From Psilocybe cubensis (lineage: Eukaryota), in assembly GCA_017499595.2 (NCBI GenBank), contig CM039006.1, forward strand, positions 1,426,001-1,490,000: a stretch of DNA of 64,000 nucleotides, given 5' to 3'. Every line of letters begins with the position of its first letter. The first letter of the stretch is position 1. This document shows, one piece after another, positions 1-11,096 of the stretch. A program made the position numbers and the translations under genes. The notes under the pieces were generated by a model. The model did no database searches. It was not told the origin of the DNA and was given only the letters and a program-made list of their open reading frames with translations.

Positions 1-2377
1 GCAATTGAGGCCTACCTGAAGGAGATCTTCAAAATCCCGTGCTGCCAGTTTCTTCATATCTGAAGCATTCCTAGCAAAACGTCGGATAGTTGTGAGGCCG
101 AAAGGGGAGACTTGGCGGTATCTAAATCTATAGTTAGTTTGAGTAAGAATCGAGATATCACGACAATACCTTTCGTTCAGAGTTGCAATGGCGTTCTGGT
201 TGCTAGAGGTATAAAGAATCCGGAGTAGGTGACTAAATAGGGCCTTCCAGACACCCAGTTCCACTTCGTGCATGAAGTCGACAGTAAACATCCGATAAAA
301 GTTGAAGCCATATTCAAATAAAGCCTTGGAAAAAGCGTTCTATGTAATATTCTTAGACAAAATACGTAGATATGAGGAAATAAAAATATACCCGAGTTGG
401 AAAAGCAGAGGTCTGTTGCAGCAAGCCATTAACCACCTTGCTGTTAACCTTTTTCCCCAAGAACAATGCTTTACGGGCAGTTTTGATGTCAAATTGACAA
501 GTTTCGCTGTCAACGCGAGCTAGCTTGAGCCGGTTTCGCATATCCATCTTTGATCCAACCTTTGGGACATTCATAGTCTGAATTAAACAACGTGGACACA
601 AGCAAGTGCCGCGACACTTGCAGCAGGACTGCAGCATTCTGCTTGTACATTAGTTATCAATCGAAATAGCGAGTAGATGTTGACTTACTTTTTGGGGTAG
701 TCATTTGAACTAAAAATAAAACGGAGATACATAGCTCGACATACTCTGTCGGCCAGTTCTACGGCCTCTCCTTCAGCATACGCTCGTTTGACATCCTCAT
801 CAAGTAATAGCCCCCAGACGCCTGTATTGACCTCGCGTCTCATATGGGTGAGCATTTCAGATGTCGCAGCTTTGCCAAACTGTCGCTGATGCCAATCTTG
901 AAAACTGTCTGTGAGCTATGACCCAAACGTTAATATGAATAGTACATGCCAGTCAATACAAACTTACTTTAGGGATATACGCAATATGGTGCGCAGCGAA
1001 TTCTTTAGGTTTCCCTCTGGTGTATTTTGACTGGTTGAGGATATACATAAGGATCGGCCATATAGAAGCATCGCCAAAACTGGTCAGGTGGGTAGAATCT
1101 GAAAAAATCCCGATACCAACGACAAAGGGCTCCAGGTGTCTGTGGGGACCTGTGCGTGGCTCTGACTTGATCTTTTCATACTCTTCATTGAAAATGTCCG
1201 CCACGTAGGACTCTGAGAATAAGCGTTCGGGTGGTTCGTCGGGTGAGGGACGCCAAAATTCTCTGTACGGTATGGTCGTATACGTCTCAGAGGTGCATTC
1301 TGCAAAGGCCTGTTTGATAACTTCTAGAGGTTTTCGATACATGACGTTTTCAACAACAAATTGAGGAACCTCCTCTTCCGAATCGAATATGAAACCGTCG
1401 CATGGCACTGGTATTGAAAAGCTGCCCTTGATCCACCCAGCTTCCGGTCGACACACTTCTGACAAAGTAGGATCTGTAGAATTTTTTTGGGTGGAGATTT
1501 CGTCCAGACGCACTGCCTCTCGAGCAGTAGAAAAGGAGGAATCAAAGTCCTTGGGGTCAAAATCCGGGTCCAGTACGACTTGGTGAATCAATTTGTCAGT
1601 ATCAGCGTAGGATTTAGTACCGTGGCCGTTGTAAAACCAAGACATGATAAGTTGAGTAGAACGATTTTTGAATAGCAAGCTCTTGTCGTCTTTTGGCTCA
1701 GAATCCAAGGACCAATCCGAAGGTAGGGCCATTGGTGTTCCCTCTGACGCCTTTCTCAAAGAGTCGGCTGGGTCTTTGGCAATATTTGGAGAATTGGACA
1801 CTGATGACAGTGTGAAATGTTCGTCAGGAGTAATAGAAGGGGGACCATAGGTATACTCTCGAAATATCCCATAGCCATTCATTGGTGTTCGATACAGACT
1901 CTCCACAGATGGAGGTTCCTGAGGCTGAGGTGGTTCCTCCTCCACGACTGGTGGTATAATTAGAGGAGGTTCGGGTGGGACCTCGTCTCGAAAGCGCTGT
2001 GGCAATCTAATAACGCGTGGAGGAAGTCCTCTAGGCCGTTCAATGGGAGGTGGTGGTGTCGGGGGATGTGGTGGTGGTGGTGGTGATTTAGGTGGAGGCG
2101 CAGGGGGCATTGGAGGTGGTACCATATCCACATCGAGATACTCATGATGGACATCAACGTCCATAGGCCCGGGCTCATTATTCAGGGTTGCCTGGTGCAA
2201 AGAACCACTGGCAACATTACTGTTCTGATTCTGCCTGCTGAAGTTTTCCTGGAACCCCTTCAGGACCTTGCTCATTGCAGCAGGATATTTTTTACATTTG
2301 TTGGTATGCTGCTTCAAGGAGCAACCTGGTACAAAGAGTTTATGGCACCCTAAGCAGGGTCTTTTTTCGTCGGACAT
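1..2377 (-). CDS. Plavaka-family transposase, multi-exon, 3' end beyond the window; possibly defective
   Basis: ATG at 2377 (MSDEKR). N-terminal CxxC..H..C finger and Pro-rich linker, then recognisable Plavaka motifs across GT-AG introns: FSDSTHLTSFGDASIWPILMYILNQSKYTRGKP..AAHHIAYIP, DYP(K)K, CLCPRC, VDFMHEVELGVWK, IRRFARNASDMKKLAARDFEDLLQ. Confidence 0.88.
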
Positions 2378-2400
2378 AATTACGGCCTGCTGAAGTACAA

Positions 2401-2700
2401 CTATCCACGCAATGAGCCTGGATAGGGAGTAGAAAATCCTTGCCCAAGCAATGAGCCTAGGCAGAGTAACGATACCCTTATCCCAGCAATGAGCCTGGAT
2501 AGGGGGGATATCCTTGCCCAAGCAATGAGCCTGGGCAGGCGAACGACACCCTTATCCCAGCAATGAGCCTGGATAGGGGGTAGAAAATCCTTGTCCTAGC
2601 AATGAGCCTGGACAGTGGATAGGAAGCTCTTATCCCGGCAATGAGCCTGGATAGCGAGCCACCAATTCGTTCTGACCCGAGCAATGAGCCTGGGTAGAGC
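2401..2700 (+). repeat. Hairpin array 1: 8 copies of stem-NN-GCAATGAGCCT-stem
   Basis: Core at 2409, 2448, 2486, 2522, 2560, 2599, 2638 and 2681 (spacing 36-43 bp). Each core is flanked by a short inverted repeat. Confidence 0.95.
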
Positions 2701-3028
2701 GAATAAGGAGAGTGCAGACATCAACCTCAGGCGTGATAGGGCGCGGTGTCGGAGTTCAAAACTTAGCGGAGTTTTGATTGGCCTAACCGGCTTACTGTAA
2801 GCAATCTCATGTTTTTTTTATGTTTTTTGAGCTCAGAATTGATTCACACATGTTTCGATGCAGGTCCAAACAATTCTTTCCGTGGTATACATGATATCTG
2901 ACCAATAGTTTGTACGAAGAAATATAGATAGTATACATAAAATTTGTTTTGTAGTATGTACGAAGGCAAAAATAGACTGTGAGTAGTGGTGTAGATCCGT
3001 GAATGAAGAAACAAGAAAAATGTGCTAC

Positions 3029-6000
3029 CTATCTACGAGGATTCCTGGTTACGGGGATATGTTCATGGACAAATGCCGCTGATCGAGCTCGCACCAATTC
3101 CCTTAGAACACGGACTGGCTTATTTTTGAGAAGGCTCTTCCAGTCTTGAAGCGTTAAAGGTTGCGCTTTGCCATTTTGAATTAATTCCAGCCTAGTCTGG
3201 TACCAGTACTCGTTGCGTTCAGTCCATTCCAGCCATCCTATCCCATTCCTGTCGATTTCATTCCATACCGCCGGGGGAGGAAACCAAGACTTGACTCCGA
3301 CCTGATTTTTAAAATCTAAGAACGACATTAAATAGAGCGATCAGTTAAATGTAGTGAACACTTACCCGTCATGAGAGAATACGACCCGATAATAATCGCA
3401 ATATCGTGTTCTGTAAGCCCGTCATCGCAGTAAGCCAGCAACTCGGCCTCTGGATTAGCGACATATCCGCGTCCATTTCTCAGCAATTCCACTGATGGGC
3501 CCTGGAGAACAGACTCTGTGCTCAGATACTCTTTGGCAATTTGTCCTACTATTCCACCCATGAGTAGCGCTGCACGACCGCGTTGTTGGTCCAGTATCTG
3601 CCGACAGGCCAGCATCGAGGACTCATAGTCGTAGTTGGTAAACTTGTAGCTGACTTTGCGGTAAAAGGTAACTTCCTTGTAGGGTTGATGCACCTGAACC
3701 ACATTTTTACGCCCGACAAGAGTTCGAAACTGCACTCCTTTGGACAAAAGTCTGTGTGCCACACTGACAACTGTATGCCCAGGATGGGACTGGAAGACTC
3801 GTAAGACATATAAAGCAGCCTCTGGGGTTTCGACTCCAATACTCCAATCAGCAGACATTCTGTCGGACTCTTCCTGAGGTGCATGTATGTCGTGATGAGC
3901 GAAAACAAATAGATTTGGGATGGGCCGATGGATGAGGCTGAGATTCCCTAAAACTTGAAGGGATAGGTAATTTTGCGGGTGGAGATCGTGAATGTCTTGA
4001 GGGAGCGGACGGTCAGTTGACCCCATCAAACCGTCATGAAACTGACAGATGAGTTGACGATCCGTGTTTGAGACAAACTGTTCTGCCCCATCCTTCCTAA
4101 ACCCAAAGTGTTGACAGGCGTGTTTCCAGCCTTCCGGTGTCTTATCCTCCTTCTTCGGGACTACAGAGGCTACGAATCCATAGCTGTATCGCAAGTTGGA
4201 GATGAGGTTGGCGGTGTCCCAATCGTAATCGTGGATTTTCGAAGCTTTATCAGTGTCGGTATCCATGGTGGAGGGGCCCGGCTCTGGACGATGTACCGGA
4301 GGCTGGGAAGGCCCCTCCTGAAATTCCTCCGTGTCCATGGGGAATGTTTCGTACTGAGGTTCATGAGGGGAAGTCGCACCACCCGAGGAAGAGTCTACAC
4401 AGGGTTCTGGGATGACGGAAACGGATTCCACACGGGGTACATCGTTGTCGGGGATGATGGACTGGGGATTGATGCGGGCAGCTTGGATAGGATAGTCGTA
4501 GATATAACCGTCCTTCCTAGGAGGGGGGTCCACAAATTGCAGATATTTTCGTGGCAAATCCACTTCATCAAAAATGTCCCACTCGTTTGAGACTGCATTG
4601 TATGTTCGTTGAGAGGGAGGCACCTTTGCAAACAGTCTCTCGTGCTTTGATTGAAGGAGGAGAACTTGCATGTATAATTCCTTCCCCCCCGGCGTCGTGA
4701 CACTTTTCCACCTATAGACCGATGTGTTGTACCCCGGGAGGGCCTCCTCTCTTTGAAGCCTTTTGATCTTTGCGTCCTCGGTCTCAGTCGCAATGATAAA
4801 GCGCTGGTTTCTCTCGCGTTTCTCCAAGAATATCGAGACGTGGTCGTACAACTCTCCTCTCCGGTGGTAGTCACCTTTGTCCATCCAATCGTGAGTGGGG
4901 AGATTTGCTATGGCTCGCTTGGCCTCTGCAAGGTCCATGTCCATGGCTCGGCTTACTATCTCCCTCAATTCTGCAACCGTGGCCTCCACCTGGTTCTCCT
5001 CCATAGCCGCCTTGACCTTGTCGGTTTGCGAGGCAAATTTTTCATACATATATTTCGTGACCAACGACGTACTGTGTTCCATTCTCAATATATGTTTGGT
5101 GGAGTGCAGCGGGCAATCATGAAATCAAAAGTAGGACCTAAGGATTAGGCCAGCGAGAGGAACACTGGGGAATCGGTTCAGAAACTTCTCAAGGGCATCC
5201 CGAACAAGGTTTGCAGGAGGCTCAAGATAGCAAAGGGTGGGGTTGTTTATGATGGCCTGTTCTGCGATGGCACACCACGGAAAGAAAACAGGAATCTGCT
5301 GGTCCAGGAAGAACTGTATCTCGGGCCTCCGATTGTCATATTCATACCAGGGAATAACTATCCCTGCACGCTGAGTGTCGGGTGAGAATACACACGCTGG
5401 CGATGTTAAAAGCCCGTCCAACCAGGATCGCTGTAGCATCGGAACCTCCTCGAGCAGCCTGGTATACCATCGGGGTAGTAACTCGCCCTGTTCTCTCACC
5501 ATCTTTCCTGCACAATACTTGTCATACTTTGCACACGCAGCAAAATATGCAAAGAATCCCATCCATACGGCAAACCAATCTCGCGCCAATTTAATCTGGC
5601 GATAAGCTTCTTCTTTCGATGTGTAGGGCTTATCGTATTTAAAGATGGAAGGCGGGGGTGGTTGACTGGCTGGTACGTGGTACCATAGCTTCATTTTGTG
5701 CGCAGCTTCCAGTAAACATTGTTCCTTAAACCGCCAATGCTTTATAGTATGAATTTCGAGCTGGTAGAGAGTGGAACCGGGTGGAGTATTATAGCTAGGA
5801 GTTACATCCAGCTCAGGCTGCCAGGTAAAGGTGTCGAAGGGGTCGGAGATAAAGGATGGGTTGAGCGGTATGAAGGACATCCACCCAAAGGTGTCTGTCC
5901 ACCAGACAGGATGCTTGACAGAGGTGGGATCTGGCTCTGCATGTTCGGGGAATGGGTGGGGGTGATTCCGCTCTGGGGCCTTGATACGGACTGGTCGGTT

Positions 6001-6138
6001 ACAATTGGGAGAGTAGTAAATTATACCGTCTTGTAGGAAGACGGAGCCCTGGGACCAGTCAAAGGAGGGCGTAGTCTGTTGTACGTAGAATTAGCAACCA
6101 AATACACCTTGATATTGTAAGATACATACGGGGGGCAT
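3029..6138 (-). pseudogene. Large transposon-associated hypothetical gene with one in-frame premature stop
   Basis: ATG at 6138 (MPP, intron, TTPSFDWSQG...). ORFs 5125-5880 and 3328-5088 share a frame and are separated only by TGA at 5125-5127 plus 12 sense codons. The last exon follows an intron near 3311-3366. C-terminal RGRAALLMGGIVG, YCDDGLT, SWFPP and WTERNEYWY motifs resemble genes I recall next to agaricomycete Plavaka transposases. Confidence 0.7.
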
Positions 6139-6181
6139 TATGGACAGTCGGGGGAGCAGGAATTCCAATTTATCTGTGCGT

Positions 6182-6379
6182 ACTGCCCTGGCAATGAGCC
6201 TGGGTAGTTTAAGCGTTCTGCCCTAGCAATGAGCCTGGGTAGTTTATGAGTTCTGCCCAAGCAATGAGCCTGGGTAGTGTCTCGCGTTCTGCCCTAGCAA
6301 TGAGCCTGGGTAGTTTGCGCGTATTGCCCGAGCAATGAGCCTGGGTAGTGAGGCTGTCCGAGCAATGAGCCTGGGTAGC
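6182..6379 (+). repeat. Hairpin array 2: 6 copies of TGYCC-NN-GCAATGAGCCT-GGGTAG
   Basis: Core at 6191, 6226, 6261, 6297, 6332 and 6362 (spacing 30-36 bp). Same invariant 11-mer as array 1. Confidence 0.95.
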
Positions 6380-6508
6380 GAAGAAGAACCAATGACGCAG
6401 GAACGTGTTGAGATTACCATGCGTGTCGGAGTTTGAAATTGCCATCAGGCGGAATCTGAATTTGGGTAGGGTTCCATTTGTTGGCTCTGTTGACTTCCGC
6501 ACCACTAC

Positions 6509-7115
6509 CACCCTTCAACCCACGGAAATACCTGGGGGTTCGTTGGGTGGCAGTCTGCTGACTACGGTGATTCCGTAGTCTGTAGGCTGCTCAAGTCGGT
6601 GCCCACACCTTTCAACCCACGGAAATACCTGGGGGTTCGTTGGGTGGCAGTCTGCTGACTACGGTGATTCCGTAGTCTGTAGGCTGCTCAAATCGGTGCC
6701 CACACCCTTCAACCCACGGAAATACCTGGGGGTTCGTTGGGTGCGGCTGCTTGACTATGGTATTTCTGTAGTCTGGCGGTTGTTCGTCTCGGAGTTTGGT
6801 GGCAGTCTGCTGACTATGGTGATTCCGTAGTCTGTAGGCTGCTCAAGTCGGTGCTCACACCCTTCAACCCACGGAAATACCTGGGGGTTCGTTGGGTGCG
6901 GCTGCTTGACTATGGCAATTCTGTACTCTGTAGGGTGCTTCTGTCGCTGCTACGGACTACCAGCCCCCTTCAACCCACGGAGATACCTGGGGGTTCGTTC
7001 GGTACGCGTATACACCCCTTCTCGTCGTCGAAAGCCCTGGCCACAAGCTTCAACGCACGGGTATACCTGGGGCGTCTTGGGTGGCTACCTCCTGGCTATG
7101 GTGATTCGCGGTGGG
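6509..7115 (+). repeat. Hairpin array 3: ~97-bp unit made of two stem-loops, 6 progressively diverged copies
   Basis: Hairpin A (CAACCCACGGAAATACCTGGGGGTT) at 6516, 6613, 6710, 6865, 6971 and 7051. Hairpin B (GACTACGG-TGATT-CCGTAGTC core) at 6560, 6657, 6753, 6811 and 6908, with a degenerate copy near 7095. Confidence 0.93.
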
Positions 7116-7307
7116 CTATTTTTATCCTCTGACAGCTCGCTGTCGATGGCGATCGCGCCTCCTTCGCCTGCTAGTTATGGCAATGGCGCGGAATAGCGCG
7201 GACATCTGTACCTCCTCAGGTGTCCATTACATAACCACTGCGCTCAGTATATGCGGAAGAGAGTTTTTTTCATCCCTTTTCTTCCCGTACCACCACCATC
7301 CACCACC

Positions 7308-9429
7308 ATGCTCACCCCGACCCAGATTGAAAAAGCCCTCACGGCTATCGATACCAACAAAGAACTCGAGTAAGCCTGAATCCCCCCCTCCCCCGTTCCC
7401 GTGCGCGTTAACCGCTAACGTTATTTGTAGATGCCCCGAACTAGCAGACACTCTGAAGGGCGCGAGATGGATTCACTAGTCCATTGACCCATTTATGAAC
7501 GTAAAGAGCGTCATCCAAGAGGGTCTCGAGTTTCTGGCCAACCATATAACGGATGGTATGACCCGACAACAAATATTGGAGTAAGTATATGCGCCTTTTT
7601 TTTCTGGGGCATTTATTTATGCATATATTAGTTTACAACCCAAGCTCTGGTCCTTCTATGAGATGCAGGACTTGATGCCCGACCTTATGGATATCATCAA
7701 GAAGTGCGAGGACAATTCTGCCTTGATTGGCAAAGTCATTGATTTGGTAAGAATTTTGTGAGGTCGCATGTACAGATCGACTAACCATACTTGTAAGGTA
7801 TCGAGTGCTGCAGCTCATTCGCGATCCGACGATCTCTTCAAGGCACATAAGTTGATCTCGGAGTTGATCCCATTTGATCTGAGGGTCCCACTTGACCTAC
7901 AGGCCTACAAACTGGCCTGTGCCAGGGTGAACCAGGGCTATAAACACCCTGCATACGCCGCTCTTTTAATCCCGCGTGTCAAGTTCGCCGAGCTTGCCGA
8001 CCTCAATGCGCGTGAAATTCTGTAAGTCGGCTTGTTATTTTCTGCGAATATGAGTTGATTTATTTGTGGATAGCGTGCGATGTGAATCACTCGAAGCCGA
8101 TACCAAAAATGGAGACGCGCTGGATTGGCCAGCTTGCTTGTATGACCCTGACATCCCATTTGACATAGACGACGAGGTCCAAGGTCTGTTTCGACCACCC
8201 TTGGGTCCCCAAGTAAGTTTTTTTTTATGTTTTGACATGTCATTGATACATATTGGCACTCTAGTTCGTCCAACGTATGCTTGTAGGCGAGGCCAACAGG
8301 CTTGGAGGACGTGCCAGCAAAGGACAGATTCACAAAGTATATGAACTAACGATAAGACTCATATGTTATTATTGCATGATGGTAAGTGGACATTGCCAGT
8401 AGTCTGTCAGTGCTAACCTCCTTCAAAGCTTGTCATTGCAATCAGCGGTAAGACTTGGCCTGAGGCGAAGAGCATTTTGAAGGCCGACCGCCTCTACGCA
8501 TCTATTCTGACGCTTCTGTTGGGTCTTTTTGATGACAATACGTGGGCCAAGGAGACTGTGGCTTGGTGGCAAGAGTAAGCGTGCCTTACGCGCTTGATTT
8601 TATGCTAATGAATTTCTAGGAACATTATCTTGCCATCTGAGCCCGTGGATCATGACAAGAAGTCGTCCCCTTTAGAAGGTAGTGCACGCGACGGACGCCT
8701 CAGAGACCCGGTAGAACGGCGTAAAGCTCAAATGGCCGCTGCGGCTCAAGCACCTGCACCTGCTCGTGCACCTGCTCGTGCACCTGCACCCGCACCCCCT
8801 CGTGCACCCACACCCGAACCTGCTCGTGTACCCACACCCGCACCTGCATCTCCTCAAGCACGCACACCCTCCTCCCACCCCGCCCCAGATAATGGGTCTG
8901 CACCAGCGCTAGCTAAAGCATTTGCAGCTGTTTCACTGGCGGAACCTGTGCCTCAACAAGTCTCCCGTCGCCGAATGGCATTAAACGCGATTAGGATCCC
9001 TTCAGAATCCCCCCCTGACCTCCCTTCCGAGGATTCTTCCTCTCTTTCTTCCGAAAACGAACGCTCCCCTTCCCCACCAGCCCCGATCAAGATCAAGGTG
9101 CGTTTTCACTCGAGATTGGTTCATTACACTAATATTATGATTAGCTCCCTGCAAAGAGGAAAGCGGCGCCACGCCGCCCTGGTCCAAAGCGTAAAGACGT
9201 GAGTGCATTTATTACATTCTCTATCTAGGGCTCATATTAGCTACAGGCACCACCTTCAGACCCCTTCGAGACCGGGGATGAGGCCCTGCCTACTCCCAAC
9301 GCTGATGCCGTTCCTGCACCCAATTCTGACGCCACCGCCGCCGACGGTGAAGAACCACCAGCTAAAAAGGCCAGGACCCAGGCCAAGGGAACGCGCCAAC
9401 CTATCAAACGTAAGGCTAAGAAATTCTGA
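7308..9429 (+). pseudogene. DUF6698-like transposon accessory gene with Pro/Ala-rich and basic tail; disrupted
   Basis: Multi-exon reading gives RSDD...GYKHPAYAALLIP, WPACLYDP..D..QGLFRP, KGQIH and WAKETVAWWQ. In-frame TAG at 7477-7479 and a further disruption near 8340. PAPAR repeats at 8745-8850. Confidence 0.62.
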
Positions 9430-9579
9430 TGTCTTTCATTGCTGTAATTATTGCTCTGCTCTGCCCTGCTTTACATACCATGCCTGTACTTTTATTACTG
9501 AATAAATAAATTTGTTCTATTATAATCTGCTGGGTGCCTCAAAATCCCATTCAATCCTCCTTATCATTGAGAAATCCAA

Positions 9580-9812
9580 TAAATTCTCGCAATGTTTTAT
9601 AACGCTCTTGATTCCTTGTCATCTCATACAGTAATTTGTTGAGATTATAAACTAGCCGCTTATTCTTTCATATTGCAATACCCAAAAATATTGTAAACCT
9701 CAAATTAATTTATTCGCACTGCAATATTTCCGGTTTCTCACAACATTTCAAGAGGGTTGTAACGCAGTATGAGAATTTCGAATAAAAAAATATTTAATTG
9801 GGTTTACAATGC
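9580..9812. repeat. Overlapping imperfect inverted repeats (subterminal-like)
   Basis: AAATTCTC...TTATAACGCTCTTGA (9581-9611) pairs imperfectly with TCAAGAGGGTTGTAA...GAGAATTT (9748-9778). ATTGTAAACCTCAAATTAA (9690) pairs with TTAATTGGGTTTACAAT (~9794). Confidence 0.6.
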
Positions 9813-11096
9813 TTTGTAATCTACCCGCACTTTTTATGATGATCAAGGATGTTGTGCATTGGACAAGTGGTTGTTGAGATATGGAAAGAAAGGTGTTGAA
9901 GAACCCATCAGAGACCCGGATGGATATTGGCCTTTATTTATGCTTTGTTTGTGGTCACCTCTTTGGCCTTTCTCCGGGATACTTTTTGACATATCTCAGC
10001 TCATAATCATCGGATTTCCATGAGTCTATATACCACAGATAGGTGTCATTTAGGGCTACACAGCCGTATAGTTTTTGTATTTTATAAGTGTTATCCTTCA
10101 CATCATATTTTGCTTTTCCTCCATTTTTGAACAACAATGCTTATTCTTCTTGTACCATCTTGTTAAGCGTTCTGGTCATTTAGCATTATAAATATAATAT
10201 GTAGAGGACCTTAGTAGCTATCTGTGAATGTAAGATATGTGCATTTAGGTGAAGTATAAGCGGTGATATGGTCATATTATGTTGCACATCCAATACCTTG
10301 TTATTAGCCTCATAACCAAGGTGTTTCCCTTCATCCTGAATGTTTCAAAGATATGTATTGGGTCTGTGGTACTATATAGAGCAGATTTACATACCTATAT
10401 GTGCTGGGAATGGCCATTCTATCCCATAATAAAATATACAAATTCTGGAGAGGATGGGGGGTAGTACCCTTAAATCTTAGAATTGCACCAAGATTTTGGG
10501 CCCTAAAAATTGGTATAATAAACGCCTCCCCATCCCTGGTTGGGCCTGAATTTATCTGATCAGGAAGGCATTTGTACAAGGGGTAGGAGGAGGGGTAGGG
10601 TGCACATCCTAGTTCAATAGGTTCCACTGCTCCAATTGAGCTGAAACTTGGCATGTACTCCGTCTAACATAAATAATAAATAATGGCATAGTCAAAAGGG
10701 TGCATGCCAGCCCCTGGAGGGTGCTATTCAACGTGCGCTTTTTGACCAAAACATCGTATGCTTAATTGCACAATAACAAGTAAAGATATTGCAATTCTAA
10801 TTTCATATTCGGATTGGGACACTTTAAAACTATATGTCTATTAAAAAACACCAAGGGAAACGGTCCAGAAATGCCCCCAAAAGCGCCCAATCCATTGCCA
10901 GCAATGCACAAAAGTAGCATAGGATGAGTGTTATTTATAGAGCCAGGAGCCAAGGGAAGGGGCAGGGACAGGGCCCTGATGTGATGGCTGTCAGCCCTAA
11001 TTCTAATATATTTAGTCCGAGTTCCTGGGCCAAAAATAGCATGCACTAATCAATCTGGTACAGGATTATCAAGCCTAGATAATCATAAGATTAGAT

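Larger units (their letters stand above)
1..9869. mobile_element. Plavaka-type (CACTA/CMC-related) multi-gene DNA transposon; left end outside window, right end tentative
   Basis: Transposase plus two accessory genes sharing upstream repeat modules. AT-rich imperfect inverted repeats at 9580-9812 end in ...ACAAGTG at 9869. The boundary is inferred. Confidence 0.6.

Noticed and set aside
2378-2684. N-terminal extension of the transposase ORF and the RLIA-repeat ORFs (also 6209-6511)
   Set aside because: These are translations of the repeat arrays; unit lengths are not consistently multiples of three.
2401-6379. Hairpin arrays as a CRISPR array
   Set aside because: Eukaryotic context, no cas genes, linkers of only ~5-20 bp that are partly related to each other, and the flanking stems vary between copies.
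2401-7115. Hairpin arrays as hammerhead ribozymes, iron-responsive elements or box C/D RNAs
   Set aside because: No CUGANGA plus GAAA core, no CAGUGN loop and no RUGAUGA/CUGA pair in the repeated units.
9870-11090. Short ORFs in AT-rich sequence between the Plavaka element and the LINE
   Set aside because: Probably an old repeat remnant, but no family motif or termini could be identified.
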